Of a stretch of DNA of 64,000 bases, positions 1-10,464 are shown piece after piece. Under the pieces are notes generated by a model. That model was given only the letters and a program-made list of their open reading frames with translations, made no database searches and was not told the DNA's origin. Origin of the DNA: Dehalococcoidia bacterium (GTDB lineage: Bacteria > Chloroflexota > Dehalococcoidia > Lucifugimonadales > UBA3495); NCBI GenBank assembly GCA_045562555.1, contig JBJKVO010000001.1:328148-392147 (forward strand). Direction: 5' to 3'. Positions within the stretch are counted from its first letter, which is position 1; every line of letters starts with the position of its first letter. Position numbers and translations under genes: made by a program.

Positions 1-773
1 TTGGCTTTGTGTTTGGTACGAGTAAAGACAACAACTTTTCCTGTAGGCGTCTTTGATAGGAGATGAAGCAAGAATTCTTTCTTCAGACCACTTGGCACAG
101 GGAAAGCTGTATGTGTAACAGTGGTTGCACTAGTGAGACTACCTAATTGAATAGTTGTTGGGTCATTAAGGATATTGTTAGTAAGTTTTCTTATAGGTTC
201 AGGCATTGTTGCGGAGAATAATAACGTCTGTTTGTTTGAAGGAGTCTCTTGAATTATTTTGTTAACATCAGGCAAGAACCCCATATCACACATGGTGTCT
301 GCTTCGTCTAAGACTAAATATCGCAAATTATTAAGCCGAAGAGTTTTGTCACGTATATGATCCAGAATCCGCCCAGGACATCCGATAACAAGATCTACTC
401 CTCTATTTAGCCGTCTTGTCTGGGGGAATTTACCTACTCCTCCATATATAGATGCGATCTTTAAATCTAAGTATTTATTCAATGCTAGTGCATCTTGATA
501 CACTTGCTCTGCTAATTCACGAGTTGGTACTAACACTAGTCCACTTACATTAGAATTACGAGCATTGGATATAAATTGCAAGACGGGAATCAGGAAAGCG
601 GCTGTTTTCCCCGTTCCTGTCTCAGCTAGGCCTAGTAGATCCCTTCTATCTAAAACCGACGGTATAGCTTGTTCTTGAATAGGGGTAGGAAAGATGAATC
701 CGAGATCCTGTATTCCTTTAAGAATCGGTTCATCTAAAGGGAGTTTATTAAATTTCAAAGGTGTTCCTCTCAC
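1..773 (-). CDS. DEAD-box ATP-dependent RNA helicase, N-terminal part; the ORF runs off the left window edge
   Basis: Absent from the ORF track because there is no in-window stop. My minus-strand translation from GTG 773 reads FPTPIQEQAIP (Q motif), AETGTGKTAAF (Walker A), PTRELA, VLDEAD (~297-314) and SAT, with no frame breaks. Confidence 0.85.
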   Translation of the reverse strand, partial: MRGTPLKFNKLPLDEPILKGIQDLGFIFPTPIQEQAIPSVLDRRDLLGLAETGTGKTAAFLIPVLQFISNARNSNVSGLVLVPTRELAEQVYQDALALNKYLDLKIASIYGGVGKFPQTRRLNRGVDLVIGCPGRILDHIRDKTLRLNNLRYLVLDEADTMCDMGFLPDVNKIIQETPSNKQTLLFSATMPEPIRKLTNNILNDPTTIQLGSLTSATTVTHTAFPVPSGLKKEFLLHLLSKTPTGKVVVFTRTKHKA

Positions 774-941
774 TAATATATTGGGTTGTTGAACTTTAGG
801 TAACAGTAAAGCTCATGTTTCCCATTGAGGATTATTCGTGAGCGTTATTTGATGGCGCTAATGTCCCTCCTCATATTGTATCATGGAGTACGCATCCAAA
901 ATGTATCAAATAATATTACTTTCGGATAAGAAGAGGTGTTT

Positions 942-1565
942 ATGGAAGAAGATAGGATTCATTGGGTATATAGCTCCGAATCAATTGAAGAACTGGAAGA
1001 TAGATATGATCAATGGGCCTCGACATATGATTCCCATCTTGCTCTTACAACGGGATATGCGATACCGGAAGAAACTATGAAAGCGGTGTGTCGTTTGCTG
1101 GATTTGAAAGCAACGATATTGGACGCAGGCGCTGGCACAGGGTTAATGGGGGAAGTGTTACAAGCAGCCGGATATAGTGATTTGCACGCAATCGATCTAT
1201 CAGACCAGATGTTGGGAGTTGCTTCTAGCAAAAATATTTATGTAAGTTTATCGAAAATGAAATTGGGAGACAGGCTAGAATTTGAAGACAATGTTTTTGA
1301 TGCAGTTGTCATAACAGGCGTGTTCACTACGGGACATGCGGAGCCTCAATCCCTAGATGAGTTAGTCCGTATCGTAAAAACTAGTGGGCATATAATATTC
1401 AGTATTAATCTCGACGCTTATCACAATTTAGGATTCGAACAGAAAATGGAAGATATTTCGGCAGCTGGTGTATGGGAACAAGCTTACCGTTCAGAGGAAT
1501 TCAAAGGCTTGCCTAATTACCAAGCTGACGTATTCCATCAAGTGTGGGGATTCAGGATTTTATAG
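942..1565 (+). CDS. Class I SAM-dependent methyltransferase
   Basis: Motif I ILDAGAGTGLMG. I prefer ATG 942, preceded by AAGAGG, over the track's GTG 936. Confidence 0.7.
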   Translation: MEEDRIHWVYSSESIEELEDRYDQWASTYDSHLALTTGYAIPEETMKAVCRLLDLKATILDAGAGTGLMGEVLQAAGYSDLHAIDLSDQMLGVASSKNIYVSLSKMKLGDRLEFEDNVFDAVVITGVFTTGHAEPQSLDELVRIVKTSGHIIFSINLDAYHNLGFEQKMEDISAAGVWEQAYRSEEFKGLPNYQADVFHQVWGFRIL

Positions 1566-1594
1566 GTTTTGAGAAGGAAGTTTATGTTTCACGA

Positions 1595-2680
1595 CTATGC
1601 CGCGTGCAATGATTGCATTACTTCTGAAAGAGCCATAGCTGCAGAATCTACATCCTCTTCGCCTATGTGTCGATGGGTCACCATACGAATGTATTGCCCT
1701 CCGTTTGGAATGATTGATCCGTAAGTTGACACTTTGACACCTTTTGCTTTAAGGCCATTAACTACTTCCCTGGCAGCGCTAATATTGGGGTCGATTTCAA
1801 ATATTACTATATTGCTTTGGATAGTATCCGGGTCGATGGTAATCCCAGGTATTTCAGATAGTTTATAAGCTAAACTTTTTGCGGTTGAATGATCTATTGC
1901 GAGCCTGTCTACCATTTGATTCAAGCCTACTATTCCAGCGGCAGCTATAATTCCAGCCTGGCGCATTCCCCCGCCAAGCATGCGCCTCCAGCGCCTAGCT
2001 TCATCTATAAAATCTTTGGTTCCGCATAGTACCGATCCCACAGGGCAACTAAGTCCTTTGGACAAACAAAAGGTTATGCTGTCCGCATTTTCAACTAATT
2101 CACTGGCTTCAATACCAAGAGCAACCGACGCATTGAAAATTCTTGCGCCATCAATATGGAGTTTAATATCATTGTTGTGAGCAATAGTTGCAACTTCATT
2201 AGTGTGTTCTAGAGATATAGCCGCCCCATTACATCTATTGTGAGTGTTTTCCAAGCATATAAGTTTGGTGTACGGGAATTGAGGACTAGATAGTGGACGA
2301 ATACTCTCTTTTAGTTGGTTAACATCTAAGGATCCGTCACTTTGATTTTGTATAAGCCTTAGTTGTGCTCCTACTATTGTGGATACACTCGCGTTTTCAT
2401 TCCAAAATATGTGTGATTCGCTGCCTACCAAGATTTCATCCGCTTTAGAACAATGACTAAGAATTGCTACTAAGTTACCTTGAGTTCCACTGGTAACATA
2501 TACCGCGGCTTCTTTACCTAGCATAGCCGCCGCTTTTTCTTCAAGATTTATCACAGTGACGTCTTCGCCTGATAATTCATCGCCAACTTCAGCTTCATAC
2601 ATCGCTTTGCGCATTTCCTCTGTGGGCAAAGTCTGAGTGTCACTGTATAAATTAATTTCTTCCAAATGTAACCTCTGCAT
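1595..2680 (-). CDS. ltaE: Low-specificity L-threonine aldolase (PLP-dependent, beta-eliminating lyase family)
   Basis: GTQGNLVAI and the PLP-lysine context FCLSKGLSCPVGS. Length is 361 aa. Confidence 0.75.
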   Translation of the reverse strand: MQRLHLEEINLYSDTQTLPTEEMRKAMYEAEVGDELSGEDVTVINLEEKAAAMLGKEAAVYVTSGTQGNLVAILSHCSKADEILVGSESHIFWNENASVSTIVGAQLRLIQNQSDGSLDVNQLKESIRPLSSPQFPYTKLICLENTHNRCNGAAISLEHTNEVATIAHNNDIKLHIDGARIFNASVALGIEASELVENADSITFCLSKGLSCPVGSVLCGTKDFIDEARRWRRMLGGGMRQAGIIAAAGIVGLNQMVDRLAIDHSTAKSLAYKLSEIPGITIDPDTIQSNIVIFEIDPNISAAREVVNGLKAKGVKVSTYGSIIPNGGQYIRMVTHRHIGEEDVDSAAMALSEVMQSLHAA

Positions 2681-2752
2681 CCAAATTATTGATACTACTG
2701 ATATATAATAACCATATCAAATCATACTAACAACTTTTTTGAAAGGTGAGTT

Positions 2753-3382
2753 ATGAGATACCAGCATATTAAATTCCCCGCAGGGGAGTTGCATTTTGAG
2801 GGAGTTCTTTCTATGCCGGAAAGTTCTGATTCAATTCAAGCGACTGTTCTATGCCACCCTCATCCGTTGAGAGGGGGCAACATGGATAATCATGTGATAA
2901 CAGCAATTGGGCTTGGATTAGATCAAATAGGTATTGCTAACCTAAGATTCAATTTTCGGGGCGTAGGGAATAGCGAAGGGGAATATTCTGATGGGGAGTT
3001 AGAGTACAAGGAAATAATTGGTGCTCAAAATATTTTGTTAGATAACCAAGAGCTTTCCTTCACGTCCATATCAACTTTAGGGTATTCATTTGGCTCTAGG
3101 GTTATATTGAAACACTCAAAAGTATTAAAACCTTGTTCTAAATTGGTTTTGGTATCTCCTCAGACTGAGGCTGTAAAAGACTCAAATTTAAAAGAATTAG
3201 ATATACCTGTATTGATTATTGCTGGATCGAATGATCATATTAGCTCGATGGATAGTATAGAAGATTTTATCGGGCCAAATCATGACAATATCCGTCTGAA
3301 GAAAATTCAAGGTGCTGATCATTTTTGGATTGGGCATGAATCAGAGCTGATAGAAACAGTGGTTGAACATTTATTAGATTAA
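2753..3382 (+). CDS. Alpha/beta hydrolase (COG2945-like)
   Basis: CHPHPLRGGNMDNHV N-terminal signature and a GYSFGS nucleophile elbow. Confidence 0.65.
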   Translation: MRYQHIKFPAGELHFEGVLSMPESSDSIQATVLCHPHPLRGGNMDNHVITAIGLGLDQIGIANLRFNFRGVGNSEGEYSDGELEYKEIIGAQNILLDNQELSFTSISTLGYSFGSRVILKHSKVLKPCSKLVLVSPQTEAVKDSNLKELDIPVLIIAGSNDHISSMDSIEDFIGPNHDNIRLKKIQGADHFWIGHESELIETVVEHLLD

Positions 3383-3409
3383 ACACACTTATACAGAGAG
3401 TAACAATTA

Positions 3410-3886
3410 ATGAACATATTTAACAAAAACACACTGACGGCCATCTGCGTGATAGCTACAGTGTTGGTTCTGGACCAATTCACAAAGCTTCTAGTAAGGC
3501 AGTCACTAGTTCGAGGCGAGTCGTTTCCTGAAGTAGGGTTTTTCAGATTCACTCATGTCTACAACACGGGCAGTTTGTTTGGGATTTTCCAAGGGTATAA
3601 TACCCCTCTTATAATTGCTTCTATAGTAGCGATTCTGTTATTGATTTGGATTTATAGGACGTATGCTCACAAAGGTTTATTAATCTCACTCGCTTTAGGT
3701 CTTCAGTTGGGAGGAGCCGCTGGAAATCTCATAGATAGATTGATGCAAGGGCATGTTACTGATTTTTTGGATGTATGGATTTGGCCGGTATTCAACATTG
3801 CAGATTCGAGCATAGTTATTGGGTTAGGAATTTTGTTTTTTATAATGGTCACTGATAAAGAACTTAGGCAAGAAAAAAATGAGTAA
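3410..3886 (+). CDS. lspA: Lipoprotein signal peptidase II
   Basis: Four TM segments, NTGSLFG and FNIADSSI motifs. Overlaps rluD as in many genomes. Confidence 0.85.
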   Translation: MNIFNKNTLTAICVIATVLVLDQFTKLLVRQSLVRGESFPEVGFFRFTHVYNTGSLFGIFQGYNTPLIIASIVAILLLIWIYRTYAHKGLLISLALGLQLGGAAGNLIDRLMQGHVTDFLDVWIWPVFNIADSSIVIGLGILFFIMVTDKELRQEKNE

Positions 3887-4802
3887 TAGTGTTATTGACT
3901 TAATCGTTGATTCTGACCACTTGCGCTTGGACACATATATTCAACAACAAGATATTGGACTAAGCCGAAGTAGAATCAAAAACTTAATAATAGCAGATCA
4001 AGTTCTCGTGAATGGGAATTCTTGCAAGGTTTCTCAATCCGTTTGCCAAGGAGATCTTATAACTATTAATATACTTGCGCCAAAACCTTCTGGTAATGTT
4101 CCTGTTGATATCCCACTGGATGTTATTTTTGAAGACGAACACATCATGGTGATAAATAAGCAGGCTGGATTGCCGGTACATCCCGGTCCAGGGCACGAAT
4201 CAGACACCATGGTTAATGCCATCTTACATGTTTGTCCAGATTTGGCAGGTATTGGCGACGAGATTAGGCCAGGTATTGTTCATAGATTAGACAAGGACAC
4301 TTCTGGATTAATTGTTGTAGCCAAGACTGAACAAGCTTTAAACCATTTATCCGACCAAATGAAAAATAGAAGTACAGATAAGCAGTACATAGCTCTGGTA
4401 ATGGGCCATATGCCAAAATCATCAGGAATTATCAACTTGCCAATTGGCAGACACCCTAAAGACCGAAAAAAAATGGCTGTGGTTGAAAATGGCAGGGAAG
4501 CAATCACGGAGTTTGAAGTCCTAGAGGTTTGTAAAGATATGTCATTACTGAAATTAAAATTACATACTGGCAGGACTCATCAAATCAGAGTGCATTTGGC
4601 ATATATGGGATGTAAGATTTTGGGTGATTTGTTATATGGAGGAAAGTCCCCAATGTTAGATAGACAATTTTTGCATGCCTCGCGTATGCAGATAATTCAT
4701 CCTCACTTTGAAGCTCCTCAGGTTTTTGTCGCGGAATTACCTACGGATCTAACTGAAATTGTTAGAGATTTAGGATTTGACAAATCTAGCCTTAGCTTGT
4801 GA
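3879..4802 (+). CDS. rluD: RluA-family 23S rRNA pseudouridine synthase (RluD-like)
   Basis: S4-like N-terminus, HRLDKDTSGL catalytic Asp motif, GRTHQIRVH. Confidence 0.85.
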   Translation: MSNSVIDLIVDSDHLRLDTYIQQQDIGLSRSRIKNLIIADQVLVNGNSCKVSQSVCQGDLITINILAPKPSGNVPVDIPLDVIFEDEHIMVINKQAGLPVHPGPGHESDTMVNAILHVCPDLAGIGDEIRPGIVHRLDKDTSGLIVVAKTEQALNHLSDQMKNRSTDKQYIALVMGHMPKSSGIINLPIGRHPKDRKKMAVVENGREAITEFEVLEVCKDMSLLKLKLHTGRTHQIRVHLAYMGCKILGDLLYGGKSPMLDRQFLHASRMQIIHPHFEAPQVFVAELPTDLTEIVRDLGFDKSSLSL

Positions 4803-4882
4803 AGTAAATAATACTATGATTCAAACAAGAAGAATCCACCTGTGCTACACTAAAATTCTCAATTATATACTGGTAATATTTC

Positions 4883-6547
4883 ATGACAGATACTGAAAAA
4901 CCTATTAATTTCATCTACCAAGCGATTAATGAAGATCTTGATTCTGAACGGTTCATAGGCAATGTGATCACCCGATTCCCACCTGAACCTAACGGATATT
5001 TGCATATAGGTCATGCTAAGTCAATTTGTCTTAATTTTGGAATGAGAGAAGAGTATCCAGGAGCGGTGTGCCATCTAAGATTAGATGATACTAATCCTTC
5101 TACAGAATCAGTCGAGTTTGTGGAAGCAATAAAGGAAAATGTCCTGTGGTTAGGATTCGACTGGGGTGACAAAATCTTTTACGCTTCTGATTACTTTGAA
5201 CAATTTTACAACTATGCTCTAAGACTCATTGAATTAGGTAAGGCTTATGTCTGTGATCTTGACGGTGATCAAATACGAGAAACTAGAGGGACTTTGACTT
5301 CCCCTGGTAGCAATAGTCCGTTTAGGGATAGATCTATACAAGAAAATCTGGAATTATTTTCGAAAATGAGATCTGGCGAGTTCGGTGACGGTGAAAAAGT
5401 ATTGAGAGCTAAAATTGATATGAAATCGCCTAACCTCAATATGAGAGATCCTGCCTTATACAGAATTAGACATGTTGCCCACTATCGTACTGGAGAAAAC
5501 TGGTGCATCTATCCAATGTATGACTTCGCCCACTGTATCTCAGATTCTATTGAGAATATAACGCATTCAATATGTACGCTTGAATTTGAAGATCATCGTC
5601 CATTGTATGACTGGATTTTAGAGACTTTGAATTTGTTTCATCCAAGACAAATAGAATTTCCCAGATTAAACATTACTAAGACAGTTTTAAGCAAACGAAA
5701 TTTACTATCTATGGTCGAGTCTTCGATAGTGGATGGATGGGACGATCCTAGAATGCCTACATTAGCTGGATTGAGGCGTAGAGGATATAGTCCTGAAGCA
5801 ATCAAAGACTTCTGTTCTAGAGTTGGATTGACTAAGCGAGATAGCGTGATCGAAATCCAATTGCTAGAACATTGTTTGAGGGAAGACCTGAACAAAAATA
5901 GCTTGAGAAGATTGGCAGTTATAGATCCATTGAAAGTGATAATTGATAATTTTGATGAAAATCAGGTTGAATTTTTTGAAGCTAATAATAACCCTGAAGA
6001 TTCTTCAAGTGGTACCCGGTTAATTCCTTTCACTAAACACATATTTATAGAACGATCTGATTTTGAGATTGCCCCTCCGGATAAATTTTATAGGTTTTAT
6101 GTAGGTAATGAGGTGCGATTAAGGTACGCGTACATAGCAAAATGTGTTTCATTCGACACAAATGCTAATACTGGTGAAATTGATGCTGTACATTGTGAGG
6201 TGGATTTTGATTCTAAAGGTGGTATGCCTGCTGATGGACGGAGAATAAGAGGAACAATTCATTGGGTGTCAGAGCAGCACTCGATAAACGGGACTGTAAA
6301 ACACTTCGATTATTTGATCGATGACCAAGAGCCATTAGATCAAGAAGCCAATGATACGGCCAGGCAGAATATATTTAACGATGTAAAATTAGAACAAAGT
6401 TTAGCTGATTCTGAACCTGGTGACGTATTTCAGTTTGAGCGTTTAGGTTATTATTGCCGAGACATAGCAGACTCTGATACGGGTGGCATGATTTTTAATC
6501 AAACTGTTAGCTTGAGAGATAGTTGGAGCAGAATAAATAAAGCATAA
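4883..6547 (+). CDS. glnS: Glutaminyl-tRNA synthetase
   Basis: TRFPPEPNGYLHIGHAKSICLNFG closely resembles E. coli GlnRS. VLSKR is the KMSKS-type motif. Confidence 0.9.
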   Translation: MTDTEKPINFIYQAINEDLDSERFIGNVITRFPPEPNGYLHIGHAKSICLNFGMREEYPGAVCHLRLDDTNPSTESVEFVEAIKENVLWLGFDWGDKIFYASDYFEQFYNYALRLIELGKAYVCDLDGDQIRETRGTLTSPGSNSPFRDRSIQENLELFSKMRSGEFGDGEKVLRAKIDMKSPNLNMRDPALYRIRHVAHYRTGENWCIYPMYDFAHCISDSIENITHSICTLEFEDHRPLYDWILETLNLFHPRQIEFPRLNITKTVLSKRNLLSMVESSIVDGWDDPRMPTLAGLRRRGYSPEAIKDFCSRVGLTKRDSVIEIQLLEHCLREDLNKNSLRRLAVIDPLKVIIDNFDENQVEFFEANNNPEDSSSGTRLIPFTKHIFIERSDFEIAPPDKFYRFYVGNEVRLRYAYIAKCVSFDTNANTGEIDAVHCEVDFDSKGGMPADGRRIRGTIHWVSEQHSINGTVKHFDYLIDDQEPLDQEANDTARQNIFNDVKLEQSLADSEPGDVFQFERLGYYCRDIADSDTGGMIFNQTVSLRDSWSRINKA

Positions 6548-6570
6548 TTGAAGGTTACACAAGGGTAATT

Positions 6571-8025
6571 ATGAACGAAATAAGAGTACGATATGCTCCT
6601 AGCCCTACAGGGCAGCCTCATATTGGGAATATTCGGACAGCATTTTTTAATTGGTTGTATGCTAGGCATCATGGGGGTAAATTTGTAGTACGGATAGAAG
6701 ACACTGATCAAGAGAGATTAGTTGAAGGGGCATACGAAGGTATATTAGAAGCTTTGGAGTGGCTCGATATTGATTGGGATGAAGGCCCGGACAAAGGAGG
6801 ACCATTTGGTCCATATCTACAATCAGAAAGATTAGGATCCTATGAAGCTGCCGCACGTACTATGATAGAAAATGGTGTTGCATATTATTGTTTTTGCGAT
6901 AGAGAACGATTGGCGAATCTACGAAAACAACAACAAGAAAATAAAACCGACATAAAATACGATCGTCGATGCCTGAAATTGTCAGGAGAAGAGATACAGA
7001 GTAATTTAGATAACAATGTATCGTATGTTATTCGATTTAAAATTCCGTTGAACGAGATAATCAAACTGAATGATATAGTCAGAGATGAAGTCGAATGGAA
7101 TACTAACCTACTAGATGATTTTGTTCTTATTAAATCTGATGGATTTCCGACCTATCACCTGGCTAATGTTGTTGATGATCATGATATGGAAATTTCTCAT
7201 GTGCTGAGAGCAGAAGAGTGGTTGCCCAGTACCCCACGGCATTTGCTGATTTACGCTGCGCTAGGTTACGAACCTCCAGAATTTGGACATTTACCAATGA
7301 TCCTAGGCCCGGATAAATCCAAATTGTCAAAACGCCACGGAGCAACATCTATCCTAGAATATAGAGACCTAGGGTATTTGCCTGAAGCTGTAATAAATTT
7401 CATGGTTTTGTTGGGTTGGTCGATTGATGATCACACTGAGATTATCTCTAGAGATGACATGACTAAATTATTTGATTTAAATAGAGTAGGTAAACCAGCG
7501 GCAGTATTCAATATAGACAAGTTGGATTGGATGAATGGGACGTATATAAGAGATCTACCTGAAGAAGAACTCTTACGTTATGTTTCGACTTTATGCATTG
7601 ACCACTATGGAGATGAAGTAGTCAATCAGTATTCCGAGAGATTAGCTAAAATTACGCCTCTGATAGCGCCTAGAATGAAACACATAATCGATGCTCCTGA
7701 CATGGTTTCATATGTACTGATCACTGATTTGATTGTGGACAAAGAATTTATAAAGACCTGTAAATTGTCAGATTCAGATATAAGTGCTGCCCTGGATCGA
7801 ACGATTCAATATATGCAAACCGAAAAAGATTTTTCTAAAGATGTCCTTGAAGAACAAATGAGAGCAATATGCGAAGAATTGTCTAGCTCTCCACGGAATT
7901 ATTTCGGGTTGATACGTAATGTCTTGACAGGTAGAACGGCTACTCCGCCATTATTCGACATAATAGAGATCTTGGGGTCAAAGGAAACTGTAACACGGTT
8001 GCAAAGAGCATCAACTTTATTTTAA
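6571..8025 (+). CDS. gltX: Glutamyl-tRNA synthetase
   Basis: RYAPSPTGQPHIGNIRTA (HIGH) and KLSKRHG (KMSKS). Confidence 0.9.
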   Translation: MNEIRVRYAPSPTGQPHIGNIRTAFFNWLYARHHGGKFVVRIEDTDQERLVEGAYEGILEALEWLDIDWDEGPDKGGPFGPYLQSERLGSYEAAARTMIENGVAYYCFCDRERLANLRKQQQENKTDIKYDRRCLKLSGEEIQSNLDNNVSYVIRFKIPLNEIIKLNDIVRDEVEWNTNLLDDFVLIKSDGFPTYHLANVVDDHDMEISHVLRAEEWLPSTPRHLLIYAALGYEPPEFGHLPMILGPDKSKLSKRHGATSILEYRDLGYLPEAVINFMVLLGWSIDDHTEIISRDDMTKLFDLNRVGKPAAVFNIDKLDWMNGTYIRDLPEEELLRYVSTLCIDHYGDEVVNQYSERLAKITPLIAPRMKHIIDAPDMVSYVLITDLIVDKEFIKTCKLSDSDISAALDRTIQYMQTEKDFSKDVLEEQMRAICEELSSSPRNYFGLIRNVLTGRTATPPLFDIIEILGSKETVTRLQRASTLF

Positions 8026-8268
8026 TCGTTCTAAGACATTCAATAAATTTTGTGATATCTGTTTGCTAGTAGTGTGCTGTAATTTACCGTTTGACAATTT
8101 TAATAATTTTCTTAAAATTGTAAAAAGAAATTACTTTAAAAGTGCCTTGACAAACAGATATAGAACTGAGGTAAATTTCGATAAGTTGGGGTGCAGCGCA
8201 TTTCAATTACTCAGATTTGGTCTGAGTGACGACAGATGTAAGAGTGGTTCCTAGGAGGTGATTAGCGG

Positions 8269-9102
8269 ATGTTGTCTACAGAAGTAAAAATACTTAGTGA
8301 CGGTAACATGAAAATGGACGGAGGCTCAATGTTTGGGTCGATGCCCAAATTGTCTTGGGAGAACACTGTCCCTACAGATCGTAAGAATCGCATAACTTTA
8401 GGACTTAATTGTTTGTTACTACAAATTGGCGGTAAAAATATCCTGGTAGATACAGGAATAGGTCCCAAAGATCATGAGAAAAACAAAGAATCACTTGGTC
8501 TAGTTCCAAGTAGGTTACTTAAAGGACTCCGTAATCTTGGTATCAGACCTAAAGACATTAATAAAGTAGTATTAACTGATTTGCAGTTTGATCATTCCGG
8601 AGGATGTACAAGAATGGATCGTGCAGGGAATTTAGTAGCTACGTTCCCTAAAGCTGAATACTATGTTCAGCGCAAATGCTGGGATTCGGCAAGTAATCTT
8701 AACGAACGCAACATGGATAAACACGATGTAGATGATTACCAACCATTGTTCGAAAAAGGTCAGCTCGAGATGATTGATGGGGATAGTGAAATAATGCCTG
8801 GGTTGCAAGTGATACGGACAGATGGATGTGCGGATGGGCATCAAGTTGTTTTGTTTAATCATGGAGGCGAGAGAGTAGTGTTCCTAGGTGACCTTATTCC
8901 TACTCATCATCATCTCAATTTAGGAGTTATATCAGCATTTGATCATGCTCCTGAAAAGACATTAGAGCAAAAGAGATTTATCTTAGAAGAAGCAGAAAAA
9001 CAAGGATGGTTGTTGGTTTTCGCTCATGGACATGATACTAAAGCAGGTTACTTAGAGAAAAGAAATTCCACTACTTATTTAAGGCCGATCGAATTCGAAT
9101 AA
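8269..9102 (+). CDS. Metallo-beta-lactamase-fold protein with a degenerate metal motif
   Basis: MBL-like layout, but TDLQFDHSGG occupies the position of the canonical HxHxDH motif. GGAGG SD lies upstream. Confidence 0.55.
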   Translation: MLSTEVKILSDGNMKMDGGSMFGSMPKLSWENTVPTDRKNRITLGLNCLLLQIGGKNILVDTGIGPKDHEKNKESLGLVPSRLLKGLRNLGIRPKDINKVVLTDLQFDHSGGCTRMDRAGNLVATFPKAEYYVQRKCWDSASNLNERNMDKHDVDDYQPLFEKGQLEMIDGDSEIMPGLQVIRTDGCADGHQVVLFNHGGERVVFLGDLIPTHHHLNLGVISAFDHAPEKTLEQKRFILEEAEKQGWLLVFAHGHDTKAGYLEKRNSTTYLRPIEFE

Positions 9103-9113
9103 ATTATTTATGG

Positions 9114-10367
9114 CTAACACTGGACTATTCCGTTAGCTCCTAAATTTTTAAGAATCTCTTTAGTTACTAGATTTTTCGCTTGGTATTCCGTTTTGTTAAC
9201 CCTTATATAATTACTCGTATACCCAACAGAATCACCATTTTGATTTTTGGATTCCCATAAGACTTCAAACTGCTTTCCAATCATAGTTTCTTTGAATGCT
9301 TTCGCAGAGGAATCCTTTACATCGATTGCCCGGCTCATACGGTTCTTTTTCACAACAGGTGATATTTGATCTTCCAGATAAGCTGCGGATGTTCCTGGCC
9401 TTATCGAGTACGTGAATGGGTGAATGTCAGAAAATTCTATACCTTTTATGAAGGCAACGGAATTATCAAATTGAGAGTCTGATTCACCAGGAAAACCAAT
9501 TATCCAATCTGTGGTTATCGCTACCTCAGGAATCGTTCCCCTTACTAATTTTATTGATTCTGCGAATTGTTTGAGTGTGTATCGACGCCGCATGCTTTTT
9601 AGTAGAGTATCGTCTCCACTTTGTAAAGGTATGTGAAAATGGTTTTGCAGCCTACTATCTTCCCATAAAGACAATAAAGCTGAATTGATTTCATGTGCTT
9701 GTAGGGAGGAGACTCTAATTCTAGGGATGGAAGTAGAATGCAATATATTACCTAACAACGTATGCAAGTTTTCTGTTGGGTATTCAAAGCCATAAGTTCC
9801 TAGTTGTGTACCTGTTAATACTACTTCTTGATAGCCCTGGGAATGGTAATTGTTAATATTTTCTATTATTGTTGATGTGGGTATGCTTTTTTCTCTTCCC
9901 CTTACCTTTGGGACTATGCAATAGGCGCAAACCTGATTACATCCTTCCTGTATTTTAACCATAGCCCGAGTTTTATCCGTGCTTGGTAGAAAGCTCGGCT
10001 TATCCAGTTCCTTGATGCGAAGTTTCTCATTTACTTTTGATACCAGATTAAGTTTTTCATCGTTGCCTAGGATGAGACAATTATCATATTTTTCGGTTAG
10101 CTGTTGAGACTGAGACTGAGCATAGCAACCGGTAATTACCACTAGGGTATCAGGGTGCTTCTTGATTGTGGTATTGATATACTGTCTGGCCTTTGAATCA
10201 GCTGTAGCAGTTACAGTGCAGGTGTTTAATACTACAACATCTGCATTGTGCGCATTATTGGTTAATTCGTAGCCATTATCGTGAAACTCATTGTTGAGTG
10301 CCAAACTGTCCGATTGATTTAACTTACAGCCATGTGTTTTTATATATACTGTAGGGCTTTGTTTCAT
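9114..10367 (-). CDS. Radical-SAM tRNA methylthiotransferase (MiaB/MtaB family)
   Basis: N-terminal Cys triad (HGCKLN...NTC...GC), radical-SAM CNQVCAYC, C-terminal TRAM-like region. Confidence 0.8.
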   Translation of the reverse strand: MKQSPTVYIKTHGCKLNQSDSLALNNEFHDNGYELTNNAHNADVVVLNTCTVTATADSKARQYINTTIKKHPDTLVVITGCYAQSQSQQLTEKYDNCLILGNDEKLNLVSKVNEKLRIKELDKPSFLPSTDKTRAMVKIQEGCNQVCAYCIVPKVRGREKSIPTSTIIENINNYHSQGYQEVVLTGTQLGTYGFEYPTENLHTLLGNILHSTSIPRIRVSSLQAHEINSALLSLWEDSRLQNHFHIPLQSGDDTLLKSMRRRYTLKQFAESIKLVRGTIPEVAITTDWIIGFPGESDSQFDNSVAFIKGIEFSDIHPFTYSIRPGTSAAYLEDQISPVVKKNRMSRAIDVKDSSAKAFKETMIGKQFEVLWESKNQNGDSVGYTSNYIRVNKTEYQAKNLVTKEILKNLGANGIVQC

Positions 10368-10464
10368 AGTCTGATCCTAGTTTCTTCTAGACAATGGTAA
10401 CATGACTCACACGTACATATAGTATTTGTTAAAATACAGTGAGGTCAGCGTTAGAGGAATTATT

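Noticed and set aside
8063-8254. 63-aa ORF in the gltX/MBL spacer
   Set aside because: TTG start, no SD, AT-rich low-complexity product. More likely a non-coding leader or promoter region.
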